From: a virus
Taxonomy: Duplodnaviria > Caudoviricetes
IMG/VR virus record: IMGVR_UViG_3300027782_000029
Location: 64,001-128,000 of that record
Length of the DNA stretch: 64,000 nucleotides
Strand: one strand, 5' to 3'
Shown here: piece by piece, positions 8,395 to 18,870 of the stretch
How positions within the stretch are numbered: the stretch's first letter is position 1
Layout of the letters: the number at the start of each line of letters is the position of its first letter
The notes under the pieces: model-generated
Database searches by the model: none
What the model saw: only the letters and a program-made list of their open reading frames with translations
Told to the model about the DNA's origin: nothing
Position numbers and translations under genes: made by a program

Positions 8395-10935
8395 ATGACT
8401 AACAATCAAAACAAACCAAACGTTCGCTTGAAAGCAATGGCTAATGGCCCATTGCGTTCTAATAATAATTACCAATTCGGATTTTACGATATTGGCGTAA
8501 TGCGTCATGCACTTCAGTTTTCTGGTTCACCAGAATACCGTATTGCAGCATTGCCAATTCCAACTAATGCATTTGAACGTGCAGAGGTGGAACGTCTAAT
8601 CTCTCATCCATCTGTACAATATGCTCTTGTAGACAAGAACAAAATTGTAGCTTGCATCATCGATGAACAAGAAGGATGGATGTCTACACTTAATACCATG
8701 GGCTTTAATGTCAAAGGTGGCGGTAAGACAGCTAAGCGGTTGAAATCATTTCACCGCGCAACTCTTATCAACGCTCACTTCGACACATTGAATATCAAAT
8801 GGGTTGAATCTACCGAGTATACTCGTTATGATTTTAACTCAGGCTGGGCTGATTGGGTAGTTGAAGCAATTCCCCGTCTATTAGACGGTGGCTTTGTTGT
8901 TTCATCTCGCCTAATCCATGCTGGCATTGAGAATCTTCCCGTGTATGAACCTCATAACACATTGGATACTAATGAGTATTATTATGATCCAACTATTAAA
9001 GCACAACTTATTAATTTCCTTGGAAATTCTAAAGTATTTAATGGTCGTATCATTACTCCTGAAGGTATGATCAAGGGCAATTTTATTGTCTCTGATAATT
9101 TACCTGAAGGCATTGATGTTATTTCATCTCGTGAAAACCTGAAAACCGAAATCACTTATGATGGAGGTTATCGCCTGCTCGCAGAACCACAAGGCCCTAA
9201 GAGCCGTGTTATCACAGATGATCAAACTGTTATCAACTTTCCAAAGTTGTTCCGTAAATCCGACATGGAAATGTGGCTTAAGGAAGAATATGAAAAGATG
9301 TTCCAACAAGCAATTGATGGAAAGCTTTTAACTAACTGGAAGTCTGTATTCATGCGTAACTTCTCACGTGAAAATCAAGACATTGAGGATGTGGAAGCAC
9401 ATTCTCGTATATCCTATGTTGGTTATCGCTGGGTTAGTATGGGATTATCCGTAACGGATTCTCCCTGGCTATTTGAAACACTTGCTGTTTCTCACGCCAA
9501 ACCACTTCAAAAGCGTATTCCTATTCCATGTTCAGTCTATGAGCAGGTGATTCCCGAATCACTTGCACGTATGGCTGGTTATGATATTGAAGTAGAAGAA
9601 GGCACCATTCGTCGTATTAACAGCATTGGTGTTCATATAGTCAGTGACTTTGACTGGCTCGAAATGTATGAGAGCCATGGCGGTCATGACGAAGATGACT
9701 TCTTTAAACTATTTTATCGTACTATGGAATCTGGTCCAAACGATGGCGAGAAAGTCGTCATTGTTGTTCGTTCACCAAACGGTTATGGCGAGTATTCAAT
9801 CTTTAGCTACGTTGAAGATGAATGGTATCCCACATGGGAAAAGGCAAACGGCGAAGAAGTTTCGTTCCCCGTTGTAAACGGTCGAAACTGGCCCGTTCGT
9901 TTGTCTACTGCTATTCGTAATGAAAACGTTAGTTACTCTGGCTTGCCCAGTGAAAACTCTCCAGTTAAACCTAGACCATCAACGAGTGTATACTCTGTTG
10001 AAGATGTCATGTCTGATATTGACACCGCTATGAACGGTGGCAATGTCGGTCGATATGTTAACGCTACAATGCTACACTCTATGGTTGTTGGACAACACCG
10101 TACTGTACAGCTTTGTTCTCTAGAATCTGCAATTGATGGTTGTACTCAAACATCAGATCCTAACGATCGTATTGCAATTGATACAGAGGCAGGCGTTATG
10201 GTTGAAGAAGTACTCGCTACTGGCAAACCTATAGACCGTGACTTTTGGCATAGTCGTTTCCGCTCACTTGCTGCAAAGCATCCTGAAGTAGAAACATACG
10301 AAGGTAAAATCACTCAACTCAATACACTTTGTACTGAGTATTATCGTGCCTATACCCACCGTATTAGCAAGCATGCACAAGAGAATGTCCGTCCTTCGGA
10401 TATTGTTCACAAACTTGGACAGCGCCTGTACTTTCATGCACTTCCACTTTTGCGTCAATTCCGTATGGATATTTTCAATGCAAATGCTGCCGACACCGTT
10501 CAAGCATCAACTGGAATTAAACGTACCGAATGGGAATACTTGTATACTGCAATATCAGAACACGTAGAATCATTCGAACGTCCGCAGGATCAACATGACT
10601 TTATATTGGCATTGTATTCTGCTTCTATTAATATTCCTACCAGCAATGGTAAGGTTACTGATCAAATTGTAATGAATCGCATAGTGTATCCACACTTAGA
10701 ACGCGCACTTCAGCACTATGGTATTGGTAATCGAGTTGTAATGAACTATACAGATGGTAAGATAAAAATGAAAGAACATACAGTTACATCTTGGTCATTT
10801 CCTGATCAAGATTCTGTAATGCACTCTTTCTTCGATGCTCTTGAGTATCAGAAGTTTCATTCTCAATCTTCACCAATTGTATTTACCAATGTCAATACAG
10901 AACCACCTAAGCGTAGAGCTAACGCAATGTTTTAA
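8395..10935 (+). CDS. large protein, candidate single-subunit two-barrel (YonO/cRdRP-like) RNA polymerase
   Basis: Motif-like LDGGFVVS, GRIITPEGMIKG, HGGHDEDD, VVIVVRSPN; motif order atypical. Confidence 0.4.
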   Translation: MTNNQNKPNVRLKAMANGPLRSNNNYQFGFYDIGVMRHALQFSGSPEYRIAALPIPTNAFERAEVERLISHPSVQYALVDKNKIVACIIDEQEGWMSTLNTMGFNVKGGGKTAKRLKSFHRATLINAHFDTLNIKWVESTEYTRYDFNSGWADWVVEAIPRLLDGGFVVSSRLIHAGIENLPVYEPHNTLDTNEYYYDPTIKAQLINFLGNSKVFNGRIITPEGMIKGNFIVSDNLPEGIDVISSRENLKTEITYDGGYRLLAEPQGPKSRVITDDQTVINFPKLFRKSDMEMWLKEEYEKMFQQAIDGKLLTNWKSVFMRNFSRENQDIEDVEAHSRISYVGYRWVSMGLSVTDSPWLFETLAVSHAKPLQKRIPIPCSVYEQVIPESLARMAGYDIEVEEGTIRRINSIGVHIVSDFDWLEMYESHGGHDEDDFFKLFYRTMESGPNDGEKVVIVVRSPNGYGEYSIFSYVEDEWYPTWEKANGEEVSFPVVNGRNWPVRLSTAIRNENVSYSGLPSENSPVKPRPSTSVYSVEDVMSDIDTAMNGGNVGRYVNATMLHSMVVGQHRTVQLCSLESAIDGCTQTSDPNDRIAIDTEAGVMVEEVLATGKPIDRDFWHSRFRSLAAKHPEVETYEGKITQLNTLCTEYYRAYTHRISKHAQENVRPSDIVHKLGQRLYFHALPLLRQFRMDIFNANAADTVQASTGIKRTEWEYLYTAISEHVESFERPQDQHDFILALYSASINIPTSNGKVTDQIVMNRIVYPHLERALQHYGIGNRVVMNYTDGKIKMKEHTVTSWSFPDQDSVMHSFFDALEYQKFHSQSSPIVFTNVNTEPPKRRANAMF

Positions 10936-10957
10936 CATTGCCATATCACACTAACTT

Positions 10958-11002
10958 AAGGGTGTTCGTGAGTAGATTATTCTACTTGCGGACACCCTTT
11001 TT
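10958..11002 (+). terminator. intrinsic terminator
   Basis: AAGGGTGTTCGTGAGTAGA-TTAT-TCTACTTGCGGACACCCTT followed by T-tract. Confidence 0.7.
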
Positions 11003-11022
11003 TATTTTAACAAGGAAACCTC

Positions 11023-11682
11023 ATGTCTCACGAAGACTCTAATAATCTTTACTTTGAATCTCCTGAAAAGTTTGATTCAGATGTATCTTACATCTGCAAA
11101 AATCCTTACTCAGAATATTTAAAGTTTCAAAAATTCTTTGAACAACATGTAGACAAATTTGGTCGTGATTCATTTCACCCAACTATGTCTGTATTCAGTT
11201 GTCATCAAAATATCGTTGGCGTAGTTACCTGTCGTGACACAGAAAATAAGGATGATCTCTATATTGCTTTGGCTGAAATGCTTTATTTCCCAATGTCTAT
11301 ATCATCAGAATTATTTATCATCGCAACCGACGTAACAGTAACTTCTGCTGACGATATTAAAAAAGATGCAATGGTTGTTACATTTGTAACTCCTGACCAT
11401 TGCTTAATCTATACAACCCCATACACTTATAACTTAGATAATACTATTAACTGGCTTATGCAAGAATCTTTTATCAATAAGGTAGCTCACAGTGTCACTA
11501 GTGGAGATTCTCCACTTGGTGATATGGTAGAATTATTTTTTGTGTTTTCACATTCAAACAATTCTGGTCCATTCACTTATGAAGAAGTGCTTCGTTATTT
11601 CAATGTCAATGGATTCCATTATGAAATCTTGAACGAACAAAACATTGATGACAAGAATTCAATAGCTATCAGGTTTGGATAA
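11023..11682 (+). CDS. hypothetical protein
   Basis: AAGGA RBS, ORF. Confidence 0.65.
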   Translation: MSHEDSNNLYFESPEKFDSDVSYICKNPYSEYLKFQKFFEQHVDKFGRDSFHPTMSVFSCHQNIVGVVTCRDTENKDDLYIALAEMLYFPMSISSELFIIATDVTVTSADDIKKDAMVVTFVTPDHCLIYTTPYTYNLDNTINWLMQESFINKVAHSVTSGDSPLGDMVELFFVFSHSNNSGPFTYEEVLRYFNVNGFHYEILNEQNIDDKNSIAIRFG

Positions 11683-11687
11683 TTCTT

Positions 11688-11873
11688 ATGTTAACATTAA
11701 TCGAAAAAAAACCACTTATTACTCAACCAAAAATTAACTCAGATAAAACTTGTATCATTCACGATGATACTGTTATCTGTGGTAAAATAATTGAAGTTGA
11801 CTATATTCGTAGGGTTGAAAGTAAAATGATTGTCGAACAATTTTATGGTGACATAGATCTGTTTGGATTTTAA
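11688..11873 (+). CDS. hypothetical protein
   Basis: short ORF in operon. Confidence 0.5.
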   Translation: MLTLIEKKPLITQPKINSDKTCIIHDDTVICGKIIEVDYIRRVESKMIVEQFYGDIDLFGF

Positions 11874-11894
11874 TTTTTAAAAAGGAACTAAAAT

Positions 11895-13565
11895 ATGATC
11901 TCCCTTCGCCCATATCAACAAGAGGCACTCGATGCTATTATAGCTAATGAAGCTAATGGCATTAACAGACAACTTGTTGTATTACCTACGGGTGCAGGTA
12001 AAACTATTTTATTTTCACATCTTCCCATATTGCGCAAAGATTCTTTGCCAATGTTAGTCTTAGCTCATAGAGCTGAATTACTTGAACAAGCTCGCAATAA
12101 GATTATGGCTTCTAATCCTAATCTTGTTGTAGAAATTGAACAAGCAGAACGCAAAGCTGGCCATGTCGACGTAGTCGTTGCCAGTGTTGCTACTTTAGGT
12201 AGAAACAATACTCCTCGTATTGAAGCTTATCCTAAAGATTACTTTAAAACCATAGTTATAGATGAGGCCCATCATGCTGCTGCTCCTACTTATAGAAGAA
12301 TTATTGATTATTTCTCTCCTGATTTCCTCTTGGGCGTTACTGCAACGCCACAGAGGTCAGATTCAACTAGGTTAATTGACGTATTTGAAGAAATAGTATA
12401 CTATAAATCCATACAAGATCTAATTAAAGACGGATGGCTTTGCCCTCTCGTCGGCTATAGAGTTAAAACAAACGTAGACATCTCTGATGTAGAAATAAGG
12501 AATGGTGAATATGCCCAAGATCAGCTTGAACAAAAAGTGGATACTCCTGAGCGTAATGCTTTTGTCGTTGCCACTTATCGCAATTTGGCAATGGATACGA
12601 AAGCCATTGTATTCGCATCCGGCGTCAGACACGCCGAAAACTTGGCCTTATCCTTTAAGCAAGCGTCGGTAACAACCGCCGTAATCGTGGGAACAACTCC
12701 ACGAGAAGAACGAGAAAGCATCCTTGCTCAGTTTGCAACTGGCCAGATTTCCGTTATTGTAAATGTTGGCGTTTTGACTGAAGGCTTTGATGAGCCATCT
12801 CTTCAAACTATTATTCTAGCAAAACCTACTCGATCAACTTTACTTTATACTCAAATAGTTGGACGAGGAACTCGCCTACATGAAAGTAAAAAGCATTGTA
12901 CAATTATAGATATTGCAGACACCACTATAGGCAAGAAACCTATTGGCCTTCCTACTCTGTTGGGTCTCCCACCAGAATTCGATTTACAAGGACAGAGTCT
13001 AACAGACGTCGCTGAAAAGTTTGAAGAACTTGAGGCTTACTGTCCAGGTGAAGCTGTTCGTGTTCTCAATCCTGATGACATCAAAATAGCTTATACCCGC
13101 ATTAACTTGTTTATGCCTCCTCCTCCTAATCCTGTTGTACAGGAGTATTCCAAACTCGTTTGGGCTGAAATTGGTGAAGACGATTACCATCTTGGCTTAA
13201 ACAATACAGAGTATATGCGCATTAAGTGCGATACTCTTGGTCGTTGGAATGTAACTATACATGACAACCATGCTAAAACAACTACCCTTTTAGGTACTGT
13301 TTCAGACATTAGAGAAGCATTTGCTCGTTCAGACAAATGGATTCAAAACAACCGTGCAGCATCTGTTGCACTACTTGATTCATCTGCTGCTTGGAGAGTT
13401 GATTCTCCAACAGATTCTCAACAAAAACTTTTAAAAAGAATTGGAATACCTATTACGTCAGATATGACCAAAGGTATGGCAAGTCAAATCATCTCTCGTT
13501 ACTACGAGAACAATCCTAAGCCTAAATGGCTTCAAAACAAAATAGATTACAAGAAAAGATACTAA
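11895..13565 (+). CDS. SF2 DEAD/DEAH-box helicase
   Basis: LRPYQ, LPTGAGKT, DEAHH, TATP, LTEGFD, QIVGRGTR motifs. Confidence 0.95.
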   Translation: MISLRPYQQEALDAIIANEANGINRQLVVLPTGAGKTILFSHLPILRKDSLPMLVLAHRAELLEQARNKIMASNPNLVVEIEQAERKAGHVDVVVASVATLGRNNTPRIEAYPKDYFKTIVIDEAHHAAAPTYRRIIDYFSPDFLLGVTATPQRSDSTRLIDVFEEIVYYKSIQDLIKDGWLCPLVGYRVKTNVDISDVEIRNGEYAQDQLEQKVDTPERNAFVVATYRNLAMDTKAIVFASGVRHAENLALSFKQASVTTAVIVGTTPREERESILAQFATGQISVIVNVGVLTEGFDEPSLQTIILAKPTRSTLLYTQIVGRGTRLHESKKHCTIIDIADTTIGKKPIGLPTLLGLPPEFDLQGQSLTDVAEKFEELEAYCPGEAVRVLNPDDIKIAYTRINLFMPPPPNPVVQEYSKLVWAEIGEDDYHLGLNNTEYMRIKCDTLGRWNVTIHDNHAKTTTLLGTVSDIREAFARSDKWIQNNRAASVALLDSSAAWRVDSPTDSQQKLLKRIGIPITSDMTKGMASQIISRYYENNPKPKWLQNKIDYKKRY

Positions 13566-15148
13566 TGAAAATTTCTAAATTTAAATCACTATTTTTAGTT
13601 ACTGCATTATTGTTTTCTATTTGTATATACAGAGTAAACAATCTCAATGCTACCACTTTTGATGTTGCTCGTGCAAACGGTCCAGTTAAGTTTACTTTTA
13701 GTTTAGCTGAATCTATCCCATTTGTGGGAGCTAATTTACCTTATGATCTTAATTATAAAGGTCAAGATTCTTATGTAGTTATCATGGATACTGGTGTAGA
13801 TTCTACTCATCCATTTCTTCAAGGACGTGTAGCTTTAGAAGCTTGCTTTGCTGCTAAATGCCCTAATGGATCTACCTCTATGATTGGAATTGGTGCAGCT
13901 AAACCAGTTCACTGGCACGGCACCCATGTTGCTGGCATTGTTGTTGGCAGTAATGCTAGCTTTCATGGAATAGCTCCTCAAGCCAAAATTATTGTTATTA
14001 ATGTTTTTGATTCATCAGGAGCTGCTTATGATGATGATATCATTAAAGCTTTAAATTGGGTTAATTCAATTTCTTCACAGTACAGCATAACTTCCATTAA
14101 CATGTCTCTTGGTGGATCTAAAACTTTTACTACAAATTGTGACGCTTATATTCCAGAAATGACTTCTGCTATTAAATCTCTTAAAGATCTTAATATAGCT
14201 ACAGTCATAGCTTCAGGTAACTCTTATGCTTATGGCATGAGTGCTCCTGCTTGTATATCCCATGCTGTTTCTGTTGCTGCTGTTTATACTAATACATCTT
14301 TAATTGCAGATTTTTCAAATGTAAATAAATATACCACTTTATCTGCACCTGGATTTAGAATACTATCTTCTATTACTGGTGCTGCATATCAATCGGCTTC
14401 AGGTACATCTATGGCTACTCCATTTGTAGCTGGAGCATTTGCAGTCTATCGTTCTAAGTTTGGTGTTCAATCTGTTGATAAAGTTGTTTCAGATTTTATA
14501 TCTGCATCTAAAACCTCTAAAGATGCTTATACAAATCTATCTGTACCTAGACTAGATTTTACATCAATGTTTACAGATACCCCAGTGTCTACTACTACAA
14601 TTCCTAGCACTACCACTACTCTTCCAGTTGTTTCAACAACTACCACAACAACTCTACCTACTACTACTAGCACTACTTTGCCTGTAGTTATCACTACATC
14701 TACTACCTCTACTACAACTACTCTTCCTGTCCCAGTCACTACATCAACAACTACTACTGTTGTTCCTCCTCCTTTAACTTTACCTCCTATTCCAAAACCT
14801 ATTCTTCTTGATTTAAATGGTTTATACAAAAACTTTGTTTGGGTTAAATATCGTGACCCTTATCAAAATAAACAATTTATAACTCATTATGAATTGTTCT
14901 GTAATAACTTAAATACTTATACTATTCCAAAACAAGATGTATATTCTTTTCACTCCTATAAGCTTTTAGTTCCTGCTTCAGCAATTGACTATTGTCAATT
15001 TTATGGGCTCACCATTTATGGTACTAAAACAGCTTATAGCACTAGAATAAACATTTATCCCAAGAATAAACCTATTATTAAGTCTATTAAAACTGTTCAG
15101 TTTTCTACCAAGTGTAATCTTAAACTTTCTAAATGTAAGAAAAAGTAA
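13565..15148 (+). CDS. secreted S8 subtilisin-like serine protease with Thr-rich linker
   Basis: VVIMDTG, HGTHVAG, GTSMATP catalytic triad motifs; signal peptide; start overlaps helicase stop (TAATG). Confidence 0.9.
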   Translation: MKISKFKSLFLVTALLFSICIYRVNNLNATTFDVARANGPVKFTFSLAESIPFVGANLPYDLNYKGQDSYVVIMDTGVDSTHPFLQGRVALEACFAAKCPNGSTSMIGIGAAKPVHWHGTHVAGIVVGSNASFHGIAPQAKIIVINVFDSSGAAYDDDIIKALNWVNSISSQYSITSINMSLGGSKTFTTNCDAYIPEMTSAIKSLKDLNIATVIASGNSYAYGMSAPACISHAVSVAAVYTNTSLIADFSNVNKYTTLSAPGFRILSSITGAAYQSASGTSMATPFVAGAFAVYRSKFGVQSVDKVVSDFISASKTSKDAYTNLSVPRLDFTSMFTDTPVSTTTIPSTTTTLPVVSTTTTTTLPTTTSTTLPVVITTSTTSTTTTLPVPVTTSTTTTVVPPPLTLPPIPKPILLDLNGLYKNFVWVKYRDPYQNKQFITHYELFCNNLNTYTIPKQDVYSFHSYKLLVPASAIDYCQFYGLTIYGTKTAYSTRINIYPKNKPIIKSIKTVQFSTKCNLKLSKCKKK

Positions 15149-15149
15149 T

Positions 15150-15542
15150 ATGGATAGAAATTCTATCTTAAGTAATACCATTAATGGATTACCTAATCCA
15201 TCTAAATCCATTAAAGCAATCAGTGTTCCTCCTAAGGAATACCCTTCTGTTTTAACAGATGATTACGCTTCAATAATTTCCTATGTATTTAGTTCTAATA
15301 ATGTATCTTTTATAGAAGTCAATAAAAACTTTAACATAGCTCTATGTAATTCTTATTTAAATATTGATTATTTAATTAATTTTTTTGCCACTGCTATATA
15401 TAGAACAAACTCTAAAAATTACACTAAGACTTTATATGGTCCTTGTCTACTTCTTGGCCCCTGTGTTTCTGAAAGAATTTACAATTCCGTTAGTTATGAA
15501 ACTCTCCAACAAGTATCTTTATTAATGAAATCTGTATATTAA
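15150..15542 (+). CDS. hypothetical protein
   Basis: ORF. Confidence 0.55.
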   Translation: MDRNSILSNTINGLPNPSKSIKAISVPPKEYPSVLTDDYASIISYVFSSNNVSFIEVNKNFNIALCNSYLNIDYLINFFATAIYRTNSKNYTKTLYGPCLLLGPCVSERIYNSVSYETLQQVSLLMKSVY

Positions 15543-15550
15543 AAATATAG

Positions 15551-15700
15551 ATGAAGAAAAATCCTAAACCTATACAAAATTTGTATCAACACAGAGATAT
15601 CAATCATACTTGTGCTGACTGTGGTTTAATTTCTAAAAATGTAAACAAATCTATTAAGTATAATCAATACCTATGTATTGAATGTTTGAAGGATAAAATA
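15551..15700 (+). CDS. small zinc-finger protein (49 aa)
   Basis: MKKNPK...CADC...CIEC; not in ORF track. Confidence 0.5.
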
Positions 15701-15728
15701 ATTAAATTCAATAGCTGAAAGCCCTATT

Positions 15729-15989
15729 ATGTCAATGTCTATTATGATCACGTCTTCTTCTGAAGACTTAACAACAATTAAATCTACCCAATATCTTATT
15801 AATTGGGTGCAGTCTATGATGAGTGCACAAGATACTACCTATCCAGGATATGTTTCTATTCCAGATTGTAAATTGTCTCAAGATCAAATTGTAGACTTAC
15901 AATCTCATTACAATTCTGTTTATAATATATTAACTACTTCTGGGATGAGTTATCAAGACTATCAGTCTAGTATTGAAAATCTAGATTAA
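15729..15989 (+). CDS. hypothetical protein
   Basis: ORF. Confidence 0.55.
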   Translation: MSMSIMITSSSEDLTTIKSTQYLINWVQSMMSAQDTTYPGYVSIPDCKLSQDQIVDLQSHYNSVYNILTTSGMSYQDYQSSIENLD

Positions 15990-15994
15990 ACCTC

Positions 15995-16077
15995 ACCCGA
16001 GTGGCGGAATGGCAGACGCAGGGGGCTTAAACCCCCCGGATCGCAAGATCTTACCGGTTCAAGTCCGGTCTCGGGTA
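15995..16077 (+). tRNA. tRNA-Leu(TAA)
   Basis: ACCCGAG/CTCGGGT acceptor, GGGGG-CTTAAAC-CCCCC anticodon arm, long variable arm, GGTTCAAGTCC. Confidence 0.9.
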
Positions 16078-16120
16078 CCCTGTGCTATAATATCTATTAC
16101 AACAACAATAAGGAAATAAA

Positions 16121-16258
16121 ATGCAACAACCTCCTTTTAATCCATCTTCTAACTCAAAGCCAACTCCTTCTGCTATGAGACAAGTCGGCATAACTATGTT
16201 AGCACTTGGCGCACTAGCATTGGTAATTGGTTTTGTTGTCTCGTCATTAGTTAACTAA
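16121..16258 (+). CDS. small membrane protein (45 aa)
   Basis: TGTGCTATAAT promoter, TAAGGA RBS, C-terminal TM helix. Confidence 0.55.
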   Translation: MQQPPFNPSSNSKPTPSAMRQVGITMLALGALALVIGFVVSSLVN

Positions 16259-16267
16259 TTACTTTCT

Positions 16268-16537
16268 ATGAGAAAATTAATTAATACTTTAATTCCAAAA
16301 ATCAGACCGTATACTGACGGCATTGATTACGGAATGAAGCATAATCAAACAATAGAAGATCATCATTTCTTTACTTATCCATTTCGTACAGACAATCATC
16401 AATTAGCTAGAAAACAAGATAAACTATACCGTAAAGGTATACGTACTGCTAGAGCTTATTCTCGTTATAGGTATGAAATACTCTTACTCATATACGTATT
16501 CTCAACTGCTGTGATATTTTCACGTTGCGGTTGGTAA
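16268..16537 (+). CDS. hypothetical protein
   Basis: ORF. Confidence 0.55.
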   Translation: MRKLINTLIPKIRPYTDGIDYGMKHNQTIEDHHFFTYPFRTDNHQLARKQDKLYRKGIRTARAYSRYRYEILLLIYVFSTAVIFSRCGW

Positions 16538-16560
16538 AATAACCACCAATAAAGGAAAAC

Positions 16561-16821
16561 ATGAAAACAAAACTACAACCAACACGTCAAGAAGCTCAAG
16601 ATCTTATTCTTTTAGCTCATCGTTTAATTGACAATCTTAGACCTATAGGCCTTGACCTTAGAGAACTTTTATTATCTCTTCATGAAGCTAATTTAACTTT
16701 GTCATTTGCTAATACTGAAACAGATTTAGATAATCACGACCTTACTCCGTTATTTGCTATTCAACTTCTTGATAACCCTCAGTTGCAAAATTATGATTCT
16801 TCAATTGAAGTAATAATTTAA
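16561..16821 (+). CDS. hypothetical protein
   Basis: AAGGA RBS, ORF. Confidence 0.6.
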   Translation: MKTKLQPTRQEAQDLILLAHRLIDNLRPIGLDLRELLLSLHEANLTLSFANTETDLDNHDLTPLFAIQLLDNPQLQNYDSSIEVII

Positions 16822-16828
16822 AAATTTA

Positions 16829-16901
16829 TCCCAGATAGCTCAGTTGGCAGAGCTACGGACTGTTAATCCGTTGGTCGTAGGTTCGACCCCTACTCTGGGA
16901 G
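16829..16901 (+). tRNA. tRNA-Asn(GTT)
   Basis: TCCCAGA/TCTGGGA acceptor, ACGGA-CTGTTAA-TCCGT, GGTTCGACCCC. Confidence 0.9.
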
Positions 16902-16903
16902 CT

Positions 16904-17116
16904 ATGAAAAACAATCACATATATGCTCAATTCGGTAAAACTCTTATTGGAAAAAAAGTTCAATTAATTAGTTGCACTGATGAATTTACTGCTTTAACTC
17001 CTGGTACCCAAGGTGTTATTAACTATGTTGATGACAATGGTACTGTTTTTGTAAACTGGGAAAATGGATCTACATTAGGTCTTATTCCTGGAATTGATAA
17101 ATGGACATACCTGTAA
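16904..17116 (+). CDS. DUF4314-like protein
   Basis: V.LISCTD...L.PGTQGVINYVDDNGTVFVNWENGSTLGLIPGID. Confidence 0.7.
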   Translation: MKNNHIYAQFGKTLIGKKVQLISCTDEFTALTPGTQGVINYVDDNGTVFVNWENGSTLGLIPGIDKWTYL

Positions 17117-17391
17117 TGTCTAATCCTATATACTACACTCGTTCAAACGAAGGTGTAATTCACGATCATTTTGATTCTATACAATCTGCTTTAAAATATT
17201 TTTTAGCAGAAGATGGATATCGTTTAGATATACAAATGTCTGAAAATGAAATTCTTTATTTTTATCGTGATACCTTCGACCACGGTTCGCTATCTTTTCA
17301 AGTAGCTAAATCTAAAATTCTTTATTATAAAAACGATCAAACAACAGATAACGATAATGTTATCTTAGTTAATTTTTTAAATAATAATTAA
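17116..17391 (+). CDS. hypothetical protein
   Basis: TAATG overlap with upstream gene. Confidence 0.55.
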   Translation: MSNPIYYTRSNEGVIHDHFDSIQSALKYFLAEDGYRLDIQMSENEILYFYRDTFDHGSLSFQVAKSKILYYKNDQTTDNDNVILVNFLNNN

Positions 17392-17431
17392 ACAAATAAA
17401 CAAACAAATAATATAATAGAAACGAGTACTA

Positions 17432-17632
17432 ATGCCTACAGGTATTGTAAAATTTTTTAATGAAGAAAAAGGCTTTGGCTTTATTTCTACAGAAACAGAT
17501 GGAGACATCTTTGTTCATTCTTCTAACATAGAAGGATCTGGCCGACGTGGACTTGTCACAGGTCAGAGTGTCGAGTTCGAGATTGGTGAAGGCCGTAAAG
17601 GTCCTGAAGCAAACAACGTTCGTCTTGTATAG
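17432..17632 (+). CDS. cspA: cold-shock domain protein
   Basis: [40 protein letters not shown]. Confidence 0.95.
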   Translation: MPTGIVKFFNEEKGFGFISTETDGDIFVHSSNIEGSGRRGLVTGQSVEFEIGEGRKGPEANNVRLV

Positions 17633-17728
17633 TTCTTAGTGTACAAAACTGTACTCTTATTCAACGCATTGTTTACATTCTTTATTATAAGAATAGTTTA
17701 CGATGCCTACACACATAAGGATTAACTA

Positions 17729-17944
17729 ATGATATTTAAACTACACGAAAAGCATAAGCTTGATATTATTGCCCATTCTTTAACTAAGTATGGCATTACA
17801 ATTTGGCATGGTATTCCTGAACAAATTGTTCTTGATCTTCATACAGCTGGTTATAAAATTAAAAAGCGTAAAAACTTTAAAAAGCTTTCTAATCAAATAA
17901 ATCATCCAGCAACTCATCTTTTAGATGATGTTCACTTATTGTAA
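17729..17944 (+). CDS. hypothetical protein
   Basis: TAAGGA RBS. Confidence 0.55.
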   Translation: MIFKLHEKHKLDIIAHSLTKYGITIWHGIPEQIVLDLHTAGYKIKKRKNFKKLSNQINHPATHLLDDVHLL

Positions 17945-18074
17945 TGCTTATATACGCAATCATTGCTATTGGTGCACTTTGGGGTATCATTACTCTTATT
18001 TCACTTCATGAAGAAGAGAAAGACATTCAAGAAATGATTGATTCTGCCCGCAAAGCAACTAAGGACAAAACTCT

Positions 18075-18353
18075 ATGACCAATGAGTTAAACTTATTAAA
18101 TGAACTTCATGTTGGTGATACCGTAGGTCACACCAATCGGACTGTTTTAGCGCTTACTAAAAAAGCTGATAGAGTTCTTGATGACTCTTATGCTCATTGG
18201 ATAACTATTTGCCATGGAGAAAATCAACTTCATCCATATGTAGTATGGAGTGTTGTGGCAAGACCTCAAGGCTTTGAAGCCTTTACTGGCGATTACTGCA
18301 GCACCTTAGAGCAAGCAGTTACTATATATAAAAAACGTGGAGGGGAAGCGTAA
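18075..18353 (+). CDS. hypothetical protein
   Basis: TAAGGA RBS. Confidence 0.6.
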   Translation: MTNELNLLNELHVGDTVGHTNRTVLALTKKADRVLDDSYAHWITICHGENQLHPYVVWSVVARPQGFEAFTGDYCSTLEQAVTIYKKRGGEA

Positions 18354-18517
18354 TGACTATTAATCCAAAAAACAATGCTATCCAAATGGTTGATAAAGCT
18401 ATTGGAGACATTTCTGGTCAACAGCTTGTCTCGTCATCTGAGATGACAGACCTATTATTAGACATTCGTCTATACCTACTACTTACAGAAGAGGCTACAC
18501 CAACTCATGAAAGTTAA
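18353..18517 (+). CDS. hypothetical protein (54 aa)
   Basis: TAATG overlap, GGAGG upstream; not in ORF track. Confidence 0.5.
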   Translation: MTINPKNNAIQMVDKAIGDISGQQLVSSSEMTDLLLDIRLYLLLTEEATPTHES

Positions 18518-18707
18518 ATTTAACATTGAAATTGAAGCTGATATTCCTGGCGAATTTCAAAACGATACTTTAGCAGTTACTTTATTACAAGAAGAAATAA
18601 TTGAACTATTGTCAATCGGCGCTGAATACGATAGAGATGATCAGCCTTCAATTATGTTTTTAGCAGGTAAGATTACTCAATATGTCCCAGGAGCTGGAAA
18701 GCTTTAA
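18507..18707 (+). CDS. hypothetical protein
   Basis: ORF. Confidence 0.55.
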   Translation: MKVKFNIEIEADIPGEFQNDTLAVTLLQEEIIELLSIGAEYDRDDQPSIMFLAGKITQYVPGAGKL

Positions 18708-18870
18708 TATTTTACTTGATTAATGTTATGCAGTGACATGCAATCACTAATTACTTGGGAGCTAACAGTCCCCATTGCTACAGGTTAACACTCGTTTACG
18801 ACTGTCCTGTCCACAAAGTGAATATACCAATCCACTTGACCCCAGACACAGGTGGTCACAACTGTCCTTC

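Noticed and set aside
14527-14829. Val-rich - strand ORF
   Set aside because: Antisense shadow of the Thr-rich linker of the subtilase.
16844-16903. N-terminal extension of ORF 16844-17116
   Set aside because: Overlaps tRNA-Asn; real start is ATG 16904.
18708-18870. Possible ribozyme or ncRNA before the CAT tRNA
   Set aside because: Only short, weak helices seen; no recognisable motif.
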